Source of the DNA: Bilabrum cf. latius
Taxonomy: Eukaryota
NCBI GenBank assembly: GCA_965178125.1
Contig: OZ237766.1
Location: 434,001-498,000 of the forward strand
DNA: 64,000 nucleotides
Direction: 5' to 3'
The notes under the pieces were generated by a model. The model did no database searches and had not been told where the DNA came from. It was given only the letters and a program-made list of their open reading frames with translations. Position 1 is the stretch's first letter, and each line of letters begins with the position of its first letter. Made by a program: the position numbers and the translations under genes. Shown here piece after piece: positions 1 through 10,900 of this stretch.

Positions 1-2868
1 AGCGATTGTGCAGCTTGCCATGACCGGCAAGGTAGACCATGCGATTGAGAAGGTTGACAGTTGCCTCGATCAAATCGTGGGTGATGACATGCACGCAAAG
101 ATGCAGAAGATACAGTTCCTTTTCATGAAGAGTGCATTCATGCAGGCCAAACCAGATCGGCAAAGCGAAGTGCACGAGACGATGGCTGCTGCCAAACACA
201 TAGCACAAGAACTCGAAGACGACCCAGACAATGAGGTGAAAGGCATCACAAATATGATTGATGTCGTATCTGGGGCGTACAACCAACTAAGAGCCGGCGC
301 AGCACCCGACCCGTCCTCGCTGATGGACTCAGTGTTCAGTTCAGTTGAAGTTGTTGACCGCAAAACGGCCCTCGAGTTAGCCGAGGCGGCTATACAGCTA
401 TGCCAACTACTATTTAGGACAGGATAGGCGTCCGTCGCGGTGGAGTAGTGCATCAAAGCCCGAGAGCGGCTGGACGAGCATCCACCTTGCGATGGCTACA
501 GCTCCAGCCGTGACCTCGTCGGTATCCGCCTCATGGCGTTGACCGCCGACGGGTACTTGCACATGGGGCAAGAAGAACAGTCTGGCGCGGTGCGAGAGCA
601 AATGATCGCCGCCCTCCGGTCCATCTGCGAGGAGCATGACGAGGATGATCACGATGACGAAGACGATGGCGATGACGATGGCGATGACGGCGAAGCGCCC
701 AAGTCCCGCCTATTCGGGGGAACGAGGGCTCAGTTCATCGAGACCTACGGTCTGTAGATGCGGACCGAGGGCGGCCGGCTCATCACATCCGGTAAGCATG
801 CAGAGGCCGTTGCCCCGATGATGGAAGCCGCCGCTGCATTCAGGCGGATACCGGAGATGCCGCGGACTCTGGAGCTGGCGGCATGCGCGCTGTTTGACGC
901 CGGTGTTTGCCTGGACAAAGCCGGAAAACCGGAAGAATCCATGCTCACCCTTCGGGATTGCGGTGAAGTCATCGATGAGGCCGGTAATGACGAGCCATGG
1001 TGCCTCGATTGCCAGAAGACGAGACTGGTATACCTCTCCACCATACTCCGCAGGCTTGCACGCCACGATGATGCTCTACTTGCGGCGCGGCAGTGCGTCA
1101 AATTGCACCAAGGAGCGGTGGAACGGTCGGACAACCCTGCAGCCAAGATCAAGCTTTAGAAAGACATCATCAAGTACACCAGACAGATTGGGGAGCTGCT
1201 CTCCAGCCAGGGCAAGCACGTCATGGCCGCACTTGAGCACAAGAAAGCCAGGGAACTGGCCGCGGATCTGCACGGCGATGGATCTGAGCTAGTGGTGCAG
1301 CACATCCTTGACATGGCACTGTGTCGGTTCGACGCAGGACTGCGAGGGCCGGCTATCCAGGCCCTCGAAGAGGCCATGTCGGTCTTTATCAAACGAGGTA
1401 TGATCCACTGCAATGGAATGGCTGTGTGCCTATACCAGAAAGCCCGCATGACGAAGGCAGGCCCTGGTGGCGCAAAAGAGGCCTTGCCTATCGCTGAGCA
1501 AGCCTTATCAACTGCACGCACCGCAATGGGTGTGCCAGGGTAGCCGGTTTCTCAGCTCAAACGGCTCATCGACGAGATTGAGAAGCAAATCAAAGAGTGT
1601 GGAGGGCTTGAAGCTGCTGCACCCGGCGCTGGTGCTGGTGCTGGTGCTGGTGCTGGTGCTGGTGCTGGTGCTGGTGCTGGTGCTGGTGCTGGTGCTGGTG
1701 CTGGTGCTGGTGCTGGTGCTGGTGCTGGTGCTGGTGCTGGTGCTGGTGCTGGTGCTGGTGCTGGTTGCGGCGTGCGATACCGGGGTGCATCGGCCGCAGC
1801 TGTTCCTGTTCACCTGCTTGGCAGGACGTTGGAAGCGGAGGCACGACCGGCGGACTTTGCAGAGGCGTGGTGGACCTATTCCTTTGCACTGTTTCAAAGT
1901 GGAGACAAGCCCGCTGCAAAAGCTTCCCTCCGCAAGACACTCGACATGTGCGACCAAATCGCGCAGATTCACGAGAAGAAGAACCATGAAGAACACGCTG
2001 CCGGCAATGCCGATGAGGCCGCTGCAAGCGGTGATGGCAAGTCTCATGACCCGCCCATCTAGCAGCACATCGACATGCCCAAAGTGCACCTCGTCCGCGG
2101 CAAGTGCGCGCAGCAGCTGGCCGTCATCTACCGGGAAGCAGGTGACACGCAAGCCGCCATGGAGTGCTTCGTTCAGGCAGCTACGCACTACAAAAACCGC
2201 AACAAGATCGCGCCACTCGGACACACCGACCAGGGCAACCTCATCTTTGTGCAAAGGGAAGCCGCCCTGGTAGCGATGGCCAACAACAACGCATCAGAGG
2301 CGTGTAGCCTGCTCGAATCAGCCGAGCTGGACTGCAGCACAGACGCAGTAAAAGCCAAGTGGGGCACCATGGTGCTATATGATCTGGGCAAAGCGTGCAG
2401 GCAGGCCCGGCGATACGCTGACAGTGCCGGTGCCTTCGAGCGAATGATCGAGCACGTCAGGATGCAATCCGGTGGGAAGCCCAGACGAGATGTAGGCAAC
2501 GGATACTTCGATCTAGGTAAGACGCACAAGCAAGCCAAGGATGAGAAGGCGGCCATCAAGGCATTTGGCGCCGCGCTGGCCGAATACCGCTAGCTGGTAA
2601 ATCACCCTGATCCGGGTGCTCCTGCTGACTTTATCGCGAGCTAGATGGTGGGAATGACACTGCGGGAGCTGAGCATGTGCCACTCGAGCACTGGGGATCT
2701 GGATGCAGCAGAGCCCCTGCTGGCTCAGGCGTTGGCTACGATGGAGGTTGTGCGGCCGGCACGTGCTGCCAGTGTTCTGGTATAGGTGTATAAGGCAGAG
2801 TTGGCAAGGCTTCGCGCGCAGCTGGCTGCAAGGCGCGACGCGGATGGTGAAGATGATGACATTGATTG
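1..2868 (+). CDS. TPR-like alpha-helical repeat protein, 5'-truncated by the window edge, with a (Gly-Ala)n linker; needs TAG=Gln
   Basis: ORFs 8, 533, 758, 1223, 1772 and 2075 share one frame and the track ends them at TAG; the frame continues to TGA at 2866-2868. TPR-like segments include VLYDLGKACRQARRYADSAGAFERMI and VGNGYFDLGKTHKQAKDEKAAIKAFGAAL. Confidence 0.75.
1628..1765 (+). repeat. (GCTGGT)x23 hexanucleotide microsatellite encoding poly-(Ala-Gly) in the TPR gene frame
   Basis: Perfect 138-bp tandem array seen directly; its length is a multiple of 3, so the frame is preserved. Confidence 0.95.
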
Positions 2869-3085
2869 AATTCGAAAGCTGCTTATTCCATGGCGCAAAG
2901 TTCCAACTTTAGCATGGGCCCGCTCTGCGTGCGCGCGTGCACTCGTCAGTGACTAAACTTGAATGATGAAGATTCTGGATCCAGATCCAGTTGAGTTCCC
3001 TGCTGTAAAAATCTCACTTGTAGCTAGTATCAATCCACAATTCACTCCCAGTTAAGTCCTACTTTGATCAATTGCAAGCAAAAGT

Positions 3086-5581
3086 ATGGCAGCATCTGGT
3101 GCAGGGGCAGATGACCGTGAGATACAAGATCTGCGATGCGGGCATCGCACAGAGAATTGCTCGATAGTGCTCGCATACACGGCATATTTGAGCAAACAAC
3201 AGTCCGATTGAGTACGCTAATCATATATTTGTTTATTTATCTCTATACTCTCTATCTCTTGTTACGCAGCAGCCAAAGAACGGCCCGGCTAGTACATGCA
3301 AAGCCTGGCGGCTATCAATCGCATTCGTACTCGCACGAGCAGGCACGGCAGCAAGACTTCCATAGACTTGCCGCAAGCAGTGATTGCGGGAGACCAGTCG
3401 TCTGGAAAAAGCTCCCTGCTGGAAGCCTATAGTGCGGTTTCGCTCCCTTTTGGTACGGGCACTCAGACCAAGTGCCCGACCGAGATCGACATGCACCCAT
3501 CCGAAGACGGCACCAGATCTTTTCAAGTTCAAGACAAAGATGTCAAAGATGATGGCATCGTAGATGCAATCAAGAAGGCTCAAGCCGGTATCCTCACGGA
3601 GGAAGGTAAGGAGCCAAGCGAGATCGTGTTCTCTAAAACTCCAATCCGCGTCAAAGCAACGACCGAGTTTAAAGAGAGGCTGACGATTCTTGACATGCCT
3701 GGCCTGCACGCTAGCAAGGAAGAGGGCAGCGACATCGTCCAGTAGCTGCTTCAAGATCAGATCAAAGGCCCTCGGTCTCTCATCATCGCCGTGGGGGAGG
3801 CCGGACAGGACGAGCAGCGCCACAGGTCCTTCTAGCTAGCGAGGGAAGCAGACCCTGGAGGCCTCCGAACCATCAAGGTGTTCACGAAATGCGACGTGTC
3901 CGACGGCAAGGATGCCGATGATCTCATTCACGTTCGGATCAAGGAGGCTGCCAAGCAGCTATAGTCTGGATCGAAGTTTGCGCCTCATTTCGTCATAGCT
4001 CGACTAGGCGGCGAGAGGGGCGCCTGGACTCACGAAAAGGAGATCGAGGTGTTCCGGAGCACGTTTAAGATGAAGGACGAGCTCTTGTCCTCCGGCGTGG
4101 TCGGTGTGGATAGCCTCCGCAAACGGACCGAGGAGCTTCTAAGCAAGATCGTACTCCTCAACATCCCCAAGATGCTCGCTGAGATCCAAAGCGCTAAATA
4201 CAAGGCGCAAGACCAGCTAAAAGAGATTGGTACGGAGCCCAAATCAAAGGAATACATGATTCAACTTGGTGTCACATCTATTATGGATGTCATCGATACG
4301 CTCGGCTAGAAGCATTCGATGATCACTGAAGTGTTTGAGGAGAATGCGAAGAGAATCAACGATGAGAACGCTACCGATGAAGAGGCTGTACGGGCAGAAA
4401 TTCGGCGGCGACTCTCTCCCTATGAGCTGCACCTGTACCTCGGACGGTTTGCCATCAGCTAGCAACTTAAGCAGATTGGAACCGAGTTTGGGCAATTGCT
4501 TGACGTGTATTTGGGGCAGCTGATGAAGCTCGCCAACGACGAGCTCCTAAGTAGCATCAACTTGTTTGAACTACCTGATGCTGAGCCACGGCCTGCGTTC
4601 AAGCAGTACCTGAGGATGAGCTGCCGCAAGAAGCTAAGGGAGGTGGGAGGGAGCCTCGCGGCAGAATTCAAGCGGCTTGCAGATCGCAGTAGGACGTACT
4701 ACACTCGGAATGCCCACTACATTGACGAGAACAGCCGAAGGCCCGATGCTGCAAAGCTTAAGGCAGACGCACGTTTGCTGAAAGTTCTTCTACCGGACAG
4801 TGGCAGCGCCACCGAGGAGCAGTTGATCGATGCGCTTCAGAAGCTGGAGGCCGCGCGTCCTGTTCGCAGCATCGAAGACCAGGTCGTGGACCGCGTCATG
4901 TTGGATTTGCCCCGGTACGCCAAGGCACAGCTGAAGGAGTTCTAGAGCACTGTGAGCGCAACGATCAAGGAGCAGCTGATTGGGCCGATGCAAGATTGGG
5001 CTCGCAGCCTGTACAGCGACAAGGAGACGCATGAGCATGCAGGTGAGTCAGATGCTCGTACGCACCTGAGGGCAGAAATCAATCAGCGCCTGCGGGATGC
5101 CGTGGCAAATGAAGAAGAATTGCTGGACTTGGACTGGACTGGAAGTGCAGCCGTGTCTACTTTCAATCAGTCGCGTGAATCTGCAGAGGCAGGCGGTAGC
5201 AAGGGCTCGTCGGCTTCGGGAGCTGTAGCAACGGCCGTGTCAGCAGGGGCCATCCAAGTGGACTGGGAGCAGTAGATGCGAGGTATTGGCACAAGATCTT
5301 CTGTGCAGACCACGGGCAAGATGAGAGGCGTGGGTGAATTTGTCGACAGCATTCGTGGGACAATCGGCAGCTCCCCGGACGCAGACATCTGGAATGCGTC
5401 GCAGAGTCTTGGAGTCAAGAAAGAGGAGGAAGCCGCCTTCAGTGAAGCCATGCGCCAAGTTGTGTCTGCTCAGCAGCAGGATAAAGCAGCAAGCGAAGCT
5501 GCTGCGCAGGGAGGAGCTGCAGGGGCTACGTAGGGGTAGGCAGTGCGAAGTGTAAAGGCGCAAAGAACTAAGATTCGGTGA
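3086..5581 (+). CDS. Dynamin-superfamily (Mx-like) large GTPase; exons 3086-3116 and 3270-5581; needs TAG=Gln
   Basis: Motifs DLPQAVIAGDQSSGKSSLLEA (G1), TKCP (G2), LDMPG (G3) and FTKCD (G4), plus a GED-like region near 4900-5130. ORFs 3296, 4049, 4496, 4952 and 5276 share one frame, are broken by TAG and end at TGA 5579-5581. The GT-AG intron 3117-3269 is phase-compatible. Confidence 0.88.
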
Positions 5582-5785
5582 GCTGTGACAAAGCTTGTGC
5601 GACTTGACGGTGCAAGCCACAAAGTCTAATCGATTGTTTCCTATGAATAAATCAGGTAAATTCAGGTCTAAGGTTTTGTAGTCATGCATTCTCAAGTTAA
5701 TAACGATTTACAGGCAAGACGAGTCAGTATGGCAGGCGGTCTCACAGATAAGGATAGAGCCCCTTCGGTACTTTTTAACTTTTTG

Positions 5786-6035
5786 TCACGACACGACACA
5801 ACCCTCGCCCTAGCCAGTGGACTGCTGCGTACGCTCGGCCTCAGCTCTGCACTCAGCCACTCGAATAGCATCTTTCATCCTTGGCACGAGTACCTTCGTG
5901 AGCCGACCTGCCGCGCCGCCCACTGAATGCTAGCCACTCGATCCGCTGGTAGTTCTCGATCCGCTGGTAGTTCTCGATCCGCTGGTAGTTCTCGATCCGC
6001 TGGTTGTAGCAGCAGCCCCATCATCGCCCGTCGTG
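5786..6035 (-). pseudogene. Paralogous copy of the 3' end of the LRR-CaaX gene (28351-28560), ending ...GEGCVVS*; upstream part not recoverable
   Basis: Clear nucleotide similarity to 28351-28560 and a matching translation (GDDGAAA...SG[TAG]HSVGGAAGRL.KVLVPRMK). An in-frame TGA lies just upstream of the homologous block. Contains an 18-bp tandem repeat (tcgatccgctggtagttc, about 3.5 copies). Confidence 0.6.
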
Positions 6036-6935
6036 CACGGAAGGGGTTGGCGGGATCACCCCGCTGCCTGGGGCAGTCTTTGACGGTGGTGGCAGTAGTG
6101 GCGGGGTCCGACCCGGATTCGGACCCGAAACGATGGCTCCTGCCTGACCCAGCCCCTGGACACTGCCGCACTGCCACTGCGGCTATCAGAATCAACCCCT
6201 TGTCAGGCCCGACTGCTTCCGAGTCGTTCGGGTCCTGGTCTGAGCTCCCGAGGCACTTCCCTTGGGGCAAGTGCTCGAGTGGAGGCTGAGAAGGAACACG
6301 CAGCGCCACAGATATAAAGATCTGGGCACTGGAGTTCTATTGAAAACCCGCCCACCCGTGAGCTCATGGAGGGTTACGACAGGACAGACTGGCTACGGTG
6401 CAGGATGCTACCTGCTGATCCGGCCAACTGGTCCCTGCTTGGCGTGTTTTATGTGTGATTGATATCAAACCTGCCGGCAGAGAGCTCACGTTCCCTGATG
6501 CCAGATTGCACGCGCAACCTAGTCTCGTTAACAATCAGACATGGCAAGACCTGACAAAGCTGTGCAAGACATCGTGGCGCGTCTCGCTGCCCAACGAATT
6601 TAGACTTGCTGGCAGCGAAAGCGCAGCGAAAACTTCTAAAAAACCTAGTGCCATCGAAAGCGTTAGAGTATTCAGTGCTGCGGCGCAGAGCTGCGGACTG
6701 GTCGTTGTGCCCTGAGCTGCGTCGCATCTTAGCGTCGCAGGCCGTGCCAGAGAAGAAAGCTAATGGCTTAGGCTGCTTCTGTATTTCTTTGCTAATCCTG
6801 TCTAGCGCAGAGGCTGATCTCTCTCTTTCCCCAGTGTAGACTCGAACCGGAATGACACCTCGCCGGTCGATCACAGGATCACGCCAGTATCAGCTGAACG
6901 TTCGCGAACGAACAGCTGACCCTGCCCGCGACCCT

Positions 6936-7160
6936 TGACCGGACTGACCGGGGCTGGGAAGAGCACGTGCACTACTCCGCCGAGGAGGAGAGGGTTGGGA
7001 GGGTGGGAAAAATTACCCAATCTCCGCCCCTCTTCTGAACACAGAGAGGGTATGCGCGTCATCGCAAGCAATCCGTTGGCTTGGTCGCACCTTCCCGGTC
7101 GCAACCGCCATCGGAACCCAAAAAGACATTCACGCGCTCCCACTCTGGCATCAACACCGA
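6936..7160 (+). repeat. Dispersed repeat family A, copy 1 (diverged partner at about 34511-34750)
   Basis: Shared core tgaccggactgaccgggg...gggaagagcacgtgcac...cccaatctccgcccct...ggtatgc.cgtcatcg in the same orientation. Confidence 0.8.
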
Positions 7161-7913
7161 ACCCCGACCGGGACGTCATGGTGTGGGGCTGCCGAGGCGG
7201 GCAGCCCTTGGGTGAGGCTGGTGCGGGCCAGCTCACCCCGTCCCCATCGCCGTCTTTCTCAGCAAATACCAACCGGCAGGTTGGACAGAGATTAATTATG
7301 CCTTCGTATTATCACAAATCGGGACCTGGTTCGGGCCTGGTGTTACGTGCCCTCACCGTCTGCGTACCCACAAAAAATAAATGTAAATTAAAATTTGTAG
7401 GCTTTCAAAGGCACAGAGGTTCAAAAATAGGTCACGAGGTCACTTTTTTGGGGGGGGGGGATTTAATGCGCATGACTCAATGTTTTTGATCAACTTCCGG
7501 TTTTGCTCAGCGACGCGAGCTCGTTCGTTCTGTACGGTGCCTGGCCTGGTTGATAGAGACGCGCGCATAGAGTGATAAAGCTAATCGCATGTATCACCCA
7601 GAGTGAGTGGTGAAAACGGGCCACTCCGGGGCGCGGTTCCCTGGATCTTGGGGATCTGGGGGGAAACAAAGTACGTCTCTATAGCTCTGCTCACAACTGA
7701 GCTGAGCATCAACGGCCGTAGTTCCGTTTAGAACCCTCTATCTTCGCGAACCTTCGCTTCGAATTACCAATACTCGATTCAGATACTACTCCTACATCTC
7801 CTACCACTCGTTCTTGAGCATAGAAGTTGCGCCTAGATCGACGTATCAGGATTGAAGCTTAAGCATAATCGACTTTGTTCTCCGTATTTCTTTCGACTTG
7901 CATCGATCTGGCG

Positions 7914-10900
7914 ATGCAGGAGGGTCGAGTGCGTGGCCGCAGATACCACCGGGCTGCAGCGGCAAGCTGCGCTGAAATCGGCAGGAGGTTCAACCTGGCT
8001 AGCAACGCGCTATATGCTACTCTGATTGTGCTGGTAACTATCTGTGCTGTCGCTGAGACCACGGTGAGAGATTCCCTGCTGAAGGTCATTGCTAAAGTTA
8101 GGCCCGGGCACAAATATTTCTCCTTTTTCTACAGTGACGGCTTCTTTCATTCCACAGCTATCAGTTGGAACAAATAATCCTTGTCTAGTGAAGCGGTCTG
8201 GGGATGTCCAGTGCTGGGGACGTCGGTGGCAACTCTTTGAAGGAGACTATGTTTGGGTGAGACTTCCCGAAGGTGCCCGCGACAGTCGTGGGCCCTGACC
8301 TTTGAGCAAAACAAGTGTTGTGCCTCGGCCATGAGGAGTACAATGCATATTGTGGCCGGCACTTCACCTCATTTGTGCACGTTGCTTCTGGATAAATGGG
8401 CTTTCAAACCCTCGTGCTACGTAACGACGCGCAGGTTGAATCCGGAAATGGCCGGTGCGGCATTACAAGAGACGGAAAAGCATAGTGCTGGGACAGGGCT
8501 GTACCGTTTCCTGCCGGGGTCGAGATCGCGAAGGTGAGTGGGCGCTAGTCACCCCAACGGCATTTCAGGGGCCCAACAGCTCTCACCAGAGAAAAACTGG
8601 CGAACGCTGCCCCTCAGCGCCCGAATAGCACGCGGCTTGATTGCCGCTCGAGTCTAATTGTGACCTCTCAACTTCCACATCCGCATGTGGTCGGTGATCC
8701 GATCCCCCCTGATCCGAGTCACTCGTCGCACATGCCCAACCCCCACCTGCCCGGCCTGTGCCTCCCCCTTCCTATCCGCCTCATCAACCCAATGACCCCA
8801 CCGATAATCTTCTCCTCCACTACGTCCTCCCCCTTCCCGATGAATCGTTGTCCACCTCCCTTGGCTCTACCCTCCCCAACCCCCCCCCCCCCCCCCTGCT
8901 CCCCCCCCCTAGCTGCTCTCTCTTTCTCACTCCTCCGCATCGCTACGTCGCATCTGAGCCCGCTCCTCGAGCGGGTCCTGCGCCCACCGAGCGACCTCAA
9001 TCTCAGAGACCTTGCTGGCCTCACCAACTAGTACAGGAGGCTGTCAGGCTCGCAGCCCTCCGTTCGCTATGTTTCTTTTCCGCCGCCATTCCGTGCTTTG
9101 TGTCACCCCATCTGCCCCCGTAACGCGGGTGCAATTCATCCGTCCGTCCTTCAGTAGACCGCCAACCTCTGACGTCTGCTCGTTCCCATCCTACCGACCG
9201 TCAACCTCACGTAGCATCGGCCGCCAATCTCTCTAGAATCTAGTTGACTACCCCTCAGGGCTCACTGCTCGCCTAGTACGTCGTGTATGTAACGTCGCGA
9301 GTTTGTCCACCTTCAAGACTTTGCTCCTTGCACTCTGGCCCTCATCGTCTCAGGTTGAAGGCAGAGTGCATGACCCACCGTGCTATCTATCTAAAGCTGG
9401 TGCCATTCAATGCTATTCACCAAACTTCTACGACCCAGGTCCGTTCATTGATGTGAGTTAAAGGCACACAAAAAGCCTGTGGTAGTGCTCCAAGCGGAGG
9501 GGACTGCCCAAGCTCTTTTTTGTCTGCTCTGTCATTCCTGTACACGCAGATGGGCGCGTCGTATAAGTGCTAGTGCGGTGTTCGTCCAAGCGGAAGCATT
9601 GAATGCACCGGTAGTGCGAGAGCCCCTGTGGGAAACGACTTCGTGGCGGTGGCCATGCATTCAGGCACGGACAGGCTAACGTGCGGATTAACTCGGGGTG
9701 GGACCATACAATGCGGAGGAACTCATAGATATGGTCAAACTATCCCTCCCGAAGGGGCACACTTCGTCCAGCTATCGCGAGGAAATTAGTACACGTGCGC
9801 TCTGACACGGTTTGGCGGGGTAGAGTGCTGGGGATTGCACACCTCCTTTCAAGCACCCCGAAGAACTGTCGCTGACTTTACCCAGGTAAGGTGCTGCTTC
9901 GAACGCAAAGAGAATATACACGCTACGTGCAGATGCAGAGTATACAGCAAGTCTCCTTTCCACTCTTGCATTCGCAGGTATCTGCGGGCGACCCCTCAAC
10001 ATGCGCCACCACATCCAGGTCCTCGGTCACTTGCTGGGGCAGCAACTCAGATGGTCGCTCCATTCTGCGGACAGGCACTGGGGTGCGCTTCCCTGTAAAC
10101 GTCGTTGAATCAGATGCCACCACGAATGGCTATGTGCTAGAGGTAGCACCGGAGCTTGCGTTCGGGGCATCCTGCTCCGGTGGCTTGGTGCTGACGGCCC
10201 TGCAGGCCTCCGTACGACCAGAGAGCTCGTGGCTCGAGGCGCTGGCTCCATCGCGGGATTTCAACAGCCCCCCCTCCAGCCGCATCCCCCACGGTATCAC
10301 TGCCGTTGTTACCGGCAGCGATGCGCAATGTCACGTGCTCAACGCAGAGGCCGGCTTCAAGCTAGATTGCAGCCCCATCGAGACTGAAGATACCAGGATC
10401 CACCCTGCCCTCCTGTCGCCAGCGGTAGCGATGCCTGGTGGGCGCGGCCCCATGCGGCCAATCGCCGTGGCCTAGGATCGAGTCGCGTGTGCGATAGTTG
10501 TGCAGCAAGACGTCGTGATAGCATCTGCAGCGGCCACGGGTTAGTCCCACCTGCCAGCCATCGATCTAGAGGCAGGGTCCCGCAACGTTACGTGCTTTGG
10601 CACCACTTCCAGTGCTAGTGGAATCATCTAGAACCTGCCATTCGAGCCTACTAGTCCATCGATCCCCATGCAGGGAGTCGCAGTCGATTGCGGATCCATC
10701 CTCTGCTGTGCCGCGTCGGCTACCAACAGGTCTGCCATCTACTGCTGGTCCAAGGACGCGGGAGCCTCTATGACCCAGGCAGCTGAAATGGGTCATGCGG
10801 TCAGTGCGCCTCCCAGCGTGACAGTGTCTGGCATGTGCGTGACCGATGCAGCCATTTGTTCGATCGATGACGCGGGGGCGGTAAGATGTGCAGGACCGGA

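Noticed and set aside
1467-2273. Poly-LV, poly-ST and poly-QH ORFs
   Set aside because: These are alternative-frame readings of the (GCTGGT)n microsatellite; the coding frame gives poly-AG.
6541-6639. Short ORF MARPDKAVQDIVARLAAQRI[Q]TCWQRKRSENF-TAA with an IQ-like motif
   Set aside because: Only 32 codons with no supporting exons, so it could be chance.
6936-6975. P-loop-like GLTGAGKST in ORFs 6935 and 34510
   Set aside because: It lies within repeat family A; the frames diverge afterwards and no further NTPase motifs follow.
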